From Podospora anserina (lineage: Eukaryota), in the NCBI GenBank assembly GCA_017654855.1, contig CM030334.1:2728001-2792000 (forward strand): a stretch of DNA of 64,000 bases, written 5' to 3'. Made by a program: the position numbers and the translations under genes. Shown in pieces: positions 36,118 to 47,093 of the stretch. The stretch's first letter is position 1. Every line of letters begins with the position of its first letter. Under the pieces are notes generated by a model, which worked only from the letters and a program-made list of their open reading frames with translations, did no database searches and was not told where the DNA came from.

Positions 36118-38795
36118 ATGGCGTCGTCGGTCATCGCATCCCGACCAAGGGCTCGCCCAGCCCACACCTCGGGCACCACGAAATGCGCCTACACTCCAGA
36201 CGGAACAAAGCTGGTCACTGTCGGCTCCAACAATACCATTCGTGTGTACAAGACCGGCTCAGACGGCGAGCCTGACAATGTGGACGACTGCCAGGAACAA
36301 AATGTTGCGGTATCAACAAGCAACAAGTTCTTCGTTGCCGGCTCGGAAGATGGCACTCTCGCTTACTACTCGCTCGAGACCAACATGTTTGACCGCCTCC
36401 TGACACGGACAAGTCTCCCAGTTCGCGATGTTGCCCTCTCTCCAGACGACAAGTGGTGCGCTGTTGCTAGTGACGAGCTTACGGTCAAGCTGGTCAACAT
36501 GGAGGATACCACGAACCTGCTTACGCTGAAGGAGCATGGAGAGCAGACGAAGCATATCTCGTTCGACCCCAAGGGCACCATGCTTGCGGTCTCATGTACC
36601 AATGGGATCATCTACATTTACTCTTTGACGGCGGATCATCCCGAGCTTATTCGAAAGGTGGACGGTGTCATTGGCAGGGTGCAGACCGACTCCGAGGCCT
36701 CGACCAAGGTGGTCTGGCACCCTGATGGCCGTGCTTTTGCGGTGCCCACGCCTACGAGGGATATTCAGGTTGTGTCCAAGAATGACTGGGAGAAGCAAAG
36801 GGTGTTTTCCAACGGGCATGAGGGGGATGTCACGGCTCTTGCTTGGTCTCCCAACGGAGCGTTGCTTGCCTCAGCCGGCAAGGACAGGAAGCTCTTGATT
36901 TGGTCCACCAAGGACCAGAGCGTGGTCGCCAGATATGAGTACCCCAACGTCGTCGACATCGCCTGGCACCCAACCAAAAACCTGGCCTCCTTCACTACCT
37001 CTAATGGAGAAGTGTTCATCAGCCCAGAGTTTGTCTCGGAGCAGTTTGCTTCCATGCTCAAGCTCCCCCGGCAACCGGCCCCTTTTATCCACGACCCCCT
37101 TGAAGGAATCTCCAATGGCCTCGACAAACAACCTCTTCCTAGCCGTCCCCGAGCTGGTACGCCAGATAGCTTCGACGACCTCCTTGATGATGACGTAGTA
37201 GAGGAGGATGACTTTGTTGTGGACGACGACGGTGCGGGCTATGCGCTCAACACCGGCCGAAAGCGTCCCGCAGACGACACCACCGACGGCCAACCCCCTT
37301 CCAAACGAGCCAACTATGCCCTCCAACTCCAACACCACCCCCCTTTCCAACCCGGCTCCACCCCCTGGCGCGGCAACAGAAAGTACCTCTGCCTCAACCT
37401 AATAGGCTTCATCTGGACCGTCGACCAAGACAGCCATCACACCGTCACGGTCGAATTCTACGACCACGAATTCCACCGCGACTTCCATTTCACCGACACG
37501 TTCCTCTACGACCAAGCCTGCCTCACCAACACGGGCTCCTTGTTCTCCTGCCCACCAAAAGACGACGCCCCAGCTGTGGTCTTTTACCGTCCCCACGAGA
37601 CCTGGACGCAGAGAAACGACTGGCGGATTTCCCTGCCGAAGGGTGAAGCCGTGTTGGCCATGGCCCTAGGCGAGAATTTTATTACTGTCACCACCACGGC
37701 GAATTACGTTCGGGTGTACACCCTCTTTGGGATTCCCTACCGAGTCTACCGCCCCAAGTCTAGCCCTGTGGTCACCTGCGCGGGATGGAACGACTACATC
37801 ATGACGATTGGCAACGGCCCAGTAGGCGCGGACGGGATGTCCAGGCTCTTGTACTCCATCTACAACATCAAGCGGGATGAAATCTGCCAAAACGAAGACA
37901 TTGTCGCCTTGCCGGACGGTGCCTCGTTGAAATCAGTCTTTTTTTCCGATGTTGGCGTAAGGCCCTCCGCCCCCCCTTTTTTTTTTTTTTTTTTTTCCCA
38001 CCATCCAGCCCTTCTAACTTTGCGTAATAGGACCCATGTATATACGACACAACAGGAACCCTCCTAACCCTCCTCCACTGGCGCCTCCCCTCCCGCGCCT
38101 ACTGGGTTCCCCTCTTGTCAACCTCCCTCCTCCCACGTCTCGCCTCGGGCCGAAAAAAGGAATCTTACTTCCCCATCGCGGTGGCGGACAATAAATTCCA
38201 TTGCATCATCCTAAAAGGAGGGGACCAGTACCCTTACTTTCCCCGGCCTTTACTCTCCGAATTCGAGTTTTCCATCCCGCTTTCTGGACCGCCCAAACCT
38301 AAAAAGTCAAAACCCACCAACGACGACGATGACATGATGCTCGATCAATCCTCAGACTCGGATGGAGAGGACGACGCGGCCGGGGAGAGTGATAAATTGA
38401 TCCAAGGGTTCATGCTGAAGAGTATCCAAGCCTCCCAGCTCGACGACCTGCTAGACGCCACGCAATCAACCGCCTCGCAACGCGCGCTGCGGTCGAGGCT
38501 TTCGTTGGAGATTGATAAAACGTTACTGCAGCTCCTGGCAGTGGAGTGCAGGGAGGGGGGTGAGGAGAGGGGTATGCGCGCGCTGGAGGTTGTCAAGCTC
38601 ATGAGGGACACGTCTGGGAAGATGCTTGAGGCGGCGGGCAAGATTGCCGAGAGGTATGGACGGACCGTCCTGGGGGAGAAGATCAGGGAGTATGGCGAGG
38701 AGAGGGTGGGGAAACAAATCAGGAGTAGGAGTGATGGGCGGATGTCGACGCATAATCACAGAGGGTTTGGGAGTGGGGATGAGAGTGACTTTTGA
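36118..38795 (+). CDS. ctf4: Ctf4/Mcl1/SepB replisome adaptor; exons 36118-37956, 38031-38795
   Basis: N-terminal WD40 repeats, FQPGSTPW...RKYLCLNLIG, TVTVEFYD, GDPCIYD after splicing 37957-38030, EIDKTLLQL helical tail. Confidence 0.92.
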
Positions 38796-39365
38796 AAGAG
38801 ACGGAAAAAAGAGAAGAAGGATGGGAACATGAGTAATGATGGATATTGAATTGCATTGGGTATCTAGTTATCTGTTGTTCGAGTAGAAGCATGGTATAAA
38901 AGATTCTGTTTGTGTTCATCAAGGGCCCGTCTCGGTATTTGGCTAGTCAGAAATCCGTGTTGATAGTTCGTAGAGGGAGGAGTTGCTCTAGCCTGGCTCT
39001 TGAAGACTAATTTATATATAGACAGTTGATTTCCAATCAAGCCTGTCTTGAAATCTATCAACTCAAAACAAAGTAGACACTTGCAACTTCACAACAGGAA
39101 GAATCACCAAGAGAAAATCACACAAGACAGCAACGGCACAAAACAAAAATGGCTTGACCTGGCTCGATTATTCGCGCGAACCGCTCTACTGGTGGGTATA
39201 TCATTTTCCATTGCCCTATATCCCCGATATCCCCGCGCCGTGCCTGTTACCGGCGAATGCAGATGGGCAGCCCTAAAACGACAAGAACACCATGCGGGAA
39301 AACCGACGCGAACCCGAGCTCAGACCCTATTTGTCCTTTTTTGTCCTCACACGCAAGCGTGACGC

Positions 39366-40361
39366 TTACTTGTGGTGGATCTTGCGCTGGTAGAAAGCGA
39401 GCTCCTCACCCTCGAGGATGTAGCCATCGGCACGGCCGGACTGGCCGGGGCGGGAGGCGATGACGGCGTAGAGACGACCGGCCTCGAACTGCTTCTCGAG
39501 AGCGGGGTCGACCTTGCCACCGGCGGCGAAGCGGGCAGCCTGCTTCTTCTCAACAGACTTGGACTTCTTCACCTCCTCAACGGTCTGACCCTGCTTCTGC
39601 TGGCGTCTACGGCCGAGGGGCTGGCCATAGTGGGCCTCGTACCACTGACGGAAAGGAGCGGCATCGATCTGGACGACGGCGGACTTGGTCAGGGTGTTGG
39701 TGCGGACAAGCTCGTTGTTGGAAGGGTGGTCTAGCAGAGGTCAGTGTCTGAAACTCAAGGTCTTCAGATTTTGGGAAGAACATACAGGCGACAACGATGA
39801 CACGGGTCTTGCGGGTGGTACCCTCGGAAGCCCAGGCAAAGTTACCAGAGTCGAGACGAAGAGCGCGGTACTTGTGGTTACCACCGCGGGTGCGGACGGT
39901 GTGGATGCGCTTGGCACCGATACGGGTGTTGGCGGGCTGGCGACCAAGCTCGAAGGCTCTCTTCTTCCCTGTTCGCTACTGTCAGAAATTGCTTTCATTC
40001 CTAGTGTGCGATGACAGGCTCAGAACGCGATGGGTTGCTAGTTCCTGTGACGGCCCACGACACAGCCACCTCTCCGCTCCTCTCGAGAAGCAAGAAAAGC
40101 ACCCAGTGTGTGAACCACCACAGGAACCTCCATGCGGACCTTCGAGTGCCCCCAGATGTCGAGGGGCAAATGTATTATGATTAGGAAACGGGAGGAGGAA
40201 GTTAGGACATACGGTAGAAACTGCAGCACGAGATAAGTTAGCAACCGCCATCTTGGATTCCATCGACACCAGCCAGGAGGACGAAAGGAAGGGGATTGAA
40301 CATACGCCCGCTTGGCACCGGTGTGGGAGCGCTTATGCCGAGAGTCACGAGAGATACCCAT
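39366..40361 (-). CDS. rps8: 40S ribosomal protein S8 (eS8); exons 40361-40306, 40220-40213 (8 nt), 39968-39786, 39730-39366
   Basis: [39 protein letters not shown]...[22 protein letters not shown]; the frame is restored only by including microexon TTTCTACC. Confidence 0.97.
40041..40127 (-). ncRNA. Long intronic hairpin in rps8 intron 39969-40212
   Basis: 18 contiguous pairs (4 G-U) GUUCCUGUGGUGGUUCAC/GUGGGCCGUCACAGGAAC plus further inner stems. Confidence 0.5.
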
Positions 40362-40372
40362 CTTGCCGGTTT

Positions 40373-40565
40373 CTGTTGTGAGGTCGGGTTAGCAAAATTG
40401 TTCGTGATGCCGGTCGATGGTGGATATTTCGCGGCGGGAGTCGAAGGTTGAGCAGGGCTGCAAAATTCTCGGAAGATTGAATCTTTTCGAATCTGCAGAT
40501 ATCGGCTCTCGCTTCGAATTCCGTCGGGCTGGTCGAGGGCAATGGGTATCGTGGTGGTTACTTAC
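40373..40565 (-). other. 5'-UTR intron of rps8
   Basis: GTAAGT donor at 40565, GCTAAC branch site, CAG acceptor 11 nt before the ATG; S. cerevisiae RPS8A/B also have 5'-UTR introns. Confidence 0.75.
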
Positions 40566-41423
40566 GTCGTTGGTCGTTGACTACTGAACGGTTGTGGAAA
40601 GGTCGGGGCAAGGCGCGATATGTTTTTGCAAACTGTGGGCGAAAAAAATCGGCGACATTGTAGGGCCGGGTCCGTGCTGTGGAGCCCTAAGAGAGAAAGC
40701 ACGGGCCAACCGAAGAATTGGTGGGGAAGAAGGCCCGCTTTGTCGCTGGCCCTGCCGAGCCTTGCAGTCCAATTGCGCCAAGATGCCTGTCAAATTTGGG
40801 TAAACAACCATGTGGAGGGTTGGGGTTGGCAATGATGGCTCCCAGGAGGCCCCTTCAAGCAGAAAGCCTCGCGGAGTCTGTCATCTGTGATCGAGCCTGA
40901 GTTGATGTCACCAATCTGCAGTCACTAGTTACGATAAGGAAACACTTGTCCCACGCCATACGGTAGTGACAGTCCTTTCGCTCTCCACAACGAAGCACAG
41001 AGGGGGGGGGGGGCGGGGGCATTGAAAGCTTGTACATCACTGCCATCAATCGAAGTTGGAGCCTACGACCAGACATAGATTTCGGTCATAGTAAAAGGTA
41101 ACATTGAAGCAATGCTTCAATCTGAATTGTAAGCTCTGGCAAGTCTCTCAACTCCAGTCTCTGAGCTACACATCTATGTAAGTGTATGCATATGTAAAAA
41201 AGGGTTCGTAAGTATGTACGGTGAAAGTTAGTTAAATGAAATCAGTCCAATCTTCATCAGATGTGTCCCGGGCAGCAAAACGGCCCAAAAATCAGGGAGG
41301 AGACAAGTAGTCTCTCCAAAGAAATAAATCATACGCAAAACAAGGGGGTATCCGCGACGTCTTTCTCCTCGACGTCTTTTTCTTTCCTCATACAAATCAT
41401 TCCAACCTGAAAATCCCCTAATC

Positions 41424-43676
41424 TCATGACGTAGCAGCCGCAACGTTCCTAGTTTGTTGTGGCTCTTTCTCCTGTGTCACCTCCTGATCTGGTTTCTGGA
41501 CCTCTTGATCGTTAACCTGGGGTTGCTTTTCCTGCTGATTCTTGTCCTCCGCCCTTATTGGTGCTTGGGGCTGATTTGGCTGAGCCGGCAACACGACCGG
41601 GCTCTGGGTTGGCTGCTGTCCCTCTTGCTGCTGCACTGGCGAAGGCGACTTTGGATTCTGACCACGTCTAGACATACCCCTCTGGACTGTAACCTGCTTC
41701 ACAGTGCCAGGGGCAAATCTTTGCGCTCCCAGACCAGGTTGCAAAACAAGCGGTACGGCACCACCCTTCTCCCCGCTTCCTCTCCTCACGCTCGGCTGCC
41801 TCCTTGTCCCTGCCGTTGCGGTCGCCAAAACCACAGGTATGTCGTCCATGGGGTGGGATCCCAATGCTGAGACGGGGCTCACTGGTAGTGCGTTATAAGC
41901 GGACACCGGCGAGTCCATGGTGTCATTGGCGCTGGGCATGTAAGTTGCGCTGGTTTGGGGAACGAAGGGCTTGTACTGCCTGGGCTGATACTGTGGCTGG
42001 TTCGGATAGGCAGCAGACTCCGGTCGGTACGGCTGGAGAGGCTGGGGCGCTGGAGGGATACCGTCAAAAGAGAACCGTGGAGAAGCGGCTGGTGTCGACA
42101 TGGGGCTCGGAGCTGGGTAGTAGTTTGGCGATTTCTCAGGCGGGGGGTGGTTATGATGAGCCGACATTTGCGTATCGGGGATGGTGGCTAGAGCGGCGAT
42201 GGTGGTACCAGAGAGAGGAGAAAACTGAGCCGGGGTTGCTTGTTGCAGATAGGGCGATGTCGTAGCAGAAGAAAGCTTGAGTGGCGGCGGGATGGCGGAT
42301 GCTGCAGACGATGAAGAAATCGAGGTAAAAGAAGGTGTTTCGGACTGGCTTTGGTGTTGGCGCGGAGGATCTGAGAAGGGCGACACGACCGGGACAGGCT
42401 GTGGTGGCAGTTGTTGTTGGTAACCCGATGGTTGCTGTTGCTGATAAGCTGATGGTTGCTGTTGTTGGTAGGCGGATGGTTGCTGCTGCTCGTATTGCGA
42501 TGGCTGGTAAGAAGATTGCTGATATGTAGTAGCTTGGGAGTGTGCGTATGTGGACTGTTGTGGCGGTGGAGCCGATTGCTGGTAAGTTTGCGGTTGAGAT
42601 GGCGGTTGAGATGGCGGTTGAGATGGCGGTTGCGCAGATGGCTGCTGATACATGGGGGGTTGAGGAGGCCCGTCCGGAATCTGCGTCTGGCCTTCCTGCT
42701 CTCTCTTCCGGCGACGGAAAAAAATGAATGCAAACGCAATGAGCGCGATAGCTCCGATAGCACCAATGACACCTCCCGCGATAGCACCGGCGTTGGACGA
42801 AGAACTCTCGGCCGGGACCACAGCGGCAGCATCGGACGAAGTGGCTGCGGGGGCGGTATCGACACTGGATGAGGCTGTCTCGAGTGATCTATCCGTAGCT
42901 GACGCTTCCGTCTCCGTCTCCGATGACGAGCTCGACCCTGACGACTGCGATGAACTACTGCTGCTCCTGACAGCAGTGGTTGTGCGCCGAGTTGAAGTGC
43001 GGGTTGGAGTGATGGTAGACATGGTTCTCGTCTTCTGGCCCACATGAGTCGTATCAGCTTCCTTGATGCTTCTCTGCCTGAAGATACTGCAGTAATAGTC
43101 GACGGCTCCAAGCTCATAGCTGATGGTGTTGCACAGTTGCTTTCCGAACGCCGAACTACGAGACAGTCAGTACAACCGATCCAACACATCATCTCACGTA
43201 ATGCTACATGCCACTTGAGGATTTGAGGATCCGCCTGGCAATCCTCATCACAGTCCTTGAGGTCCTTCCTGTCCAGACAGGCTGTGTGGAAGTTGCAGCC
43301 TCCATTGCCGCAGCAGCCTACTCCAGCCGGAGATCTGCCTGAAGCCGTGATGAAGATACATTGCTGTTCGTCCGGGCAGGTCAATGGGTCACCTAGAAAT
43401 AGTTAGCACCATCTTCATACACGGTGATCCAGAGCTATACACACGTTTGTTGCCGTCGAGATAGCCGCAAGTGTTATCGGGAGCGGCGATGTAGTTTGAA
43501 GGCCTGCCATTCTGACGTCGCAGCAGCGCGTTCACAGCCGGAGCTTCTGTTGGTTTCGGCGTCCACCCAAGACCGTCTTCCACGGCAATGACACCGGTTG
43601 GCTGGGGACCTGGAAAGGCCAGTCCCTCGACCGAAATGCCAAAGAAGGCGAGCTGACAAAAAGTAGATATCCTCAT
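41424..43676 (-). CDS. Type I membrane protein: signal peptide, Cys-rich ectodomain, Ser/Thr stalk, one TM helix, Pro/Gln-rich tail (Mid2/Wsc-like architecture); exons 43676-43445, 43392-43212, 43155-41424
   Basis: MRISTFCQLAFFGISVEGLA signal peptide; TCGY, GCC...CNFHTAC; NAGAIAGGVIGAIG...IFFRRRKR TM plus stop-transfer; second intron probably GC-AG. Confidence 0.8.
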
Positions 43677-44440
43677 CTTTATCTTTCGCTTGCTGGCTTG
43701 CGTCACCTGAATCACAAGCGACGGTGACAGTGACGGTTGGGAAGAAGAGAAAGCATAAGTCAGAGCGGGTTTGGCATTACGGTGCCGGCCAGCAGGCACA
43801 AGAAAAGACGCACTCCTTTCCGGGTCAGAGGTGATCGGCAGACATGTGCCATGGGTAGGAGATGTTTAAAAAGAGGACTCCGTGTGGGAAGCGGGAGGGG
43901 GACTGGGGTGTGAGACATTGGCGGGCAAGGATGGGGAACCACCACCAGCAGATGACAGCGCACACGGGACACAGGATTGACGAAAGATGGCTCCCAGCAA
44001 CCTGGGAGGACTTGTTTATTGCATGTACCTACGGGGTGTTTGTGCTACGGCCGGCCATTCCATTGTAATGCGGTGTGGGAAACGTTGGAACAAACAAGTT
44101 GTTTTTATGAAGCTCTGAAGATGCGGGCCATGTCGATCTCAGGGGTTGATGAAGTGAAGAAAAGCTGTGCCTGGCGCCATGCATCCAAGAAACAGAAACA
44201 TGCAGAGACCCTTCCTTTAATTTCACTGCCCCCAGAAATATCCCTGCAGCGGTTCCCGGCTCTTGGAAAGACGCTAGGCCCAGTGAGGAATGAGGAACGG
44301 CGGGGGCCCTGCCAAGCTCCGCACTGCACGCCAGATCGAACGGCCCCACCATCGGTGCCGAGCAGACGTCCTCCGTTGCCTGATTCTCTGATATTGATAG
44401 TATCGATATCAATTTATCAAAAGGTCCACATCTTCAAACC

Positions 44441-45943
44441 ATGACAGACCTGCTGCGAGTCCTGCCAGAATTCCCAGTCAAGCAGTTTGGCGGCCTCATC
44501 TCAGCCCTCGAGTCACGCGGGTACACCACCGCCGACCTCCTGACCCTAGATCCTGCTGAAATAGAAACCAGAACCAAGCTGCCAAATGTGAAGCGATTAT
44601 GTGATGCCATCTTGAACGCCCTACACACCGATCTTGGTGTTGCAGATCCACCACCACCACCATTACAACAACAACAACAACAACAACACGACGATGCACA
44701 GTCCAACACTGAACCACCACCACATCATCACCATGAAACCAGTCACCTAAAGCACACGGCTGACACCCTCTCCTCCCAATGGATCACAATCAGCACCCTC
44801 GACCCCCACCTGGACCTCGCCCTCGGGGGCGGCATTCCCACCGGCCACATCACCGAAATCACGGGTGAATCCGCCGCCGGCAAAACCCAATTCCTCCTCA
44901 CCCTCCTCCTTGCCGTGCAACTCCCCCCTCCCCACGGCCTCTCCCGGCCAGCTCTCTACATCAGCACCGAAGCCCCCCTCTCAACCCGCCGCCTCTCCCA
45001 AATGATCACCGAAAACCCATTGTTCTCCACCCTCCCACGGTCTGCCCGCCCAACCCTCGACAAAATAATCAGCACCACCACCCCCGACCTCGAATCCCAA
45101 GACCACATCCTCACCTACCAAGCCCCGGTGGAAATCGCCCGCCGCAACGTCGGCCTCTTGATCATCGACTCAGTAGCAGCCAACTACCGCGCCGAATTCG
45201 AGCGCCCCACCCCCAACTCCAACCTCTCCTCCAACATGGGCGCGAGGACCAACGAGCTCATCAAGTTGGGAATGCACCTCAAGGATTTAGCAGAAAAGTA
45301 CAACCTCGCGGTGGTGGTCTCCAACCAAGTAGCCGATCGTTTCTCAGGCACCGGCGGGCTCAAGACACCTGCTCCTGTCCCCCCCAAAACACCAGCTTCA
45401 TCACTCAAGGCACCTTTCCCACATGTGTTGGGGAAACAATCACAGGAGTCACCGTTGGCATCAAGATCCCGACCGGCGGGGGCAATACCAATCCCACCGC
45501 CACCGCCACCGCCACCGCCACAGCCGCAGTTAAACCCCGAGTTTCCCGATCCAGAAGTTGAGATTAACGCTCATCCTGCGTTATCGCTGGATCACCAGCA
45601 AAAGTGGTTTACCGGCTGGGGTGACAACCCATCGCTGGACTACCCGTTGAAGACGCCGAGTTTGGGGCTTGTCTGGTCGACGCAGATATCCGGGAGGATA
45701 GCGCTGTTCAGGAGGCCGGTTAATTATGGGTATGGGGATCATGTTGGGGCTGTGGAGGGGATGGGGGCGATGAAGGGGTGGAGGAGGTGGATGAAGGTTG
45801 TTTGGGGGGTTAATGCGCCGGCTTCTGATGTCAGTGGGAGGGGTGGCAAGAAAAAGGGAGGGGGGCCGGTGGAGTTTGAGGTTTGGAAGGGGGGTGTGAG
45901 GGTTGTTGATGCGGGGAGGATTAACGAAGGGAATATTGCATAA
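44441..45943 (+). CDS. rad57: Rad51 paralog Rad57 (XRCC3-like)
   Basis: ISTLDPHLDLALGGGIPTGHITEITGESAAGKTQ (Walker A), YISTE, LLIIDSVAANYR (Walker B), VVVSNQV, TPSLGLVW. Confidence 0.9.
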   Translation: MTDLLRVLPEFPVKQFGGLISALESRGYTTADLLTLDPAEIETRTKLPNVKRLCDAILNALHTDLGVADPPPPPLQQQQQQQHDDAQSNTEPPPHHHHETSHLKHTADTLSSQWITISTLDPHLDLALGGGIPTGHITEITGESAAGKTQFLLTLLLAVQLPPPHGLSRPALYISTEAPLSTRRLSQMITENPLFSTLPRSARPTLDKIISTTTPDLESQDHILTYQAPVEIARRNVGLLIIDSVAANYRAEFERPTPNSNLSSNMGARTNELIKLGMHLKDLAEKYNLAVVVSNQVADRFSGTGGLKTPAPVPPKTPASSLKAPFPHVLGKQSQESPLASRSRPAGAIPIPPPPPPPPPQPQLNPEFPDPEVEINAHPALSLDHQQKWFTGWGDNPSLDYPLKTPSLGLVWSTQISGRIALFRRPVNYGYGDHVGAVEGMGAMKGWRRWMKVVWGVNAPASDVSGRGGKKKGGGPVEFEVWKGGVRVVDAGRINEGNIA

Positions 45944-46350
45944 TACTGCCAAAGGGCTTGGGGAAAGAGTATGGATAAACTTTTATTTGGATGGCACGTT
46001 GTGGACAAAAAGACTGGCACTATAAAACACTGAAAGAGGCCTCAAAAGTAATCAATAGGCCTCTTGATTATCCTTTTAGACCTTTTGACTATCTTTTGAA
46101 AGCCTATTCTTCTTTTAAAAAGCATAGGTTAAGAATAACTACACATTGTACCGACTTGCAATATCAGTTATTTTTTACCCACCACGTGGATGGATACATA
46201 TTGCCAGGCTAAGGTTGGGAAAGAAGACATCACTGCCAGGCCAAACTTTGAGAAGAGTAATCAGAGATAATTCCTCTTTATATATTTTTTTTTCTTAATA
46301 TTCGATGATAAGATGCTGCATGGGTTGTTTTGGTGTTTTATTTTCATTTT

Positions 46351-47093
46351 TTATCCAACCGAATCCAACTCACCGTAATCCTCATAATCATCATCACAGT
46401 ACTCCTCAGACTCTTCATAGTACTCCACATCGTCCTCTTGCCACTCCTCATCGCCATCTTCATCCTCATCCTCATCCCCCTCACCATCGTCACTCTCCTC
46501 ACCATCGTCACTCTCCTCACCGCTCCCCTCATCCTCCACCTCTAGCCAGACCTCCCCATCCCGAGTCAACTTCATCTCCTCAAACTTCATACGCAATCCC
46601 CCCTCACCCTCAACAATCTCCACATCCTCACCCTTGTCCTTCCCAGTCTGTGCCGTCCCATGAATCTCCCCGGCATACTTCTCCGCAACAGCATCATGAC
46701 CCTCTCCCCCATCAACCGCACGCAGGGCATCATTAAACGCCATCGCCTCCCTCTTTCTCTCGTTGTTGTAGAAATCACCATATTGCTGTCCCCCGTTCCC
46801 TCTGTCTTGGCTTCAGAGGGAGCTGTCGTCTCTTTGGTCGGCGGTTTGACCCCTCATGACTCCTGCTTGAGGGTAGAGGTCACGTCCTTGTTCTTGTTGG
46901 AGTCCTCCTTGTTCCACTTGTTGTTGAAGGGTCGGCCATGCACACTATAGTGATGAAATTGAGGATGAGTTGCCATGGGGAAAGAGTGGCCACCAGGAGG
47001 AACGCTACCCGCAGCAGCTGTTGTAGAATGGCCACTGCTGTATGAGTTACCGAAATAAAATGGGGCCGAATCCTTCACATTGGACGAGGTGTC
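46351..47093 (-). pseudogene. Coding-like continuation of the upstream orphan, interrupted by stops; ends in a highly acidic ORF (46351-46743)
   Basis: Frame of the upstream ORF stays open 47093-46857 after TAG; a second frame is open 46944-46351 except for one TGA at 46813-46815; Asp/Glu-rich end. Confidence 0.35.
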
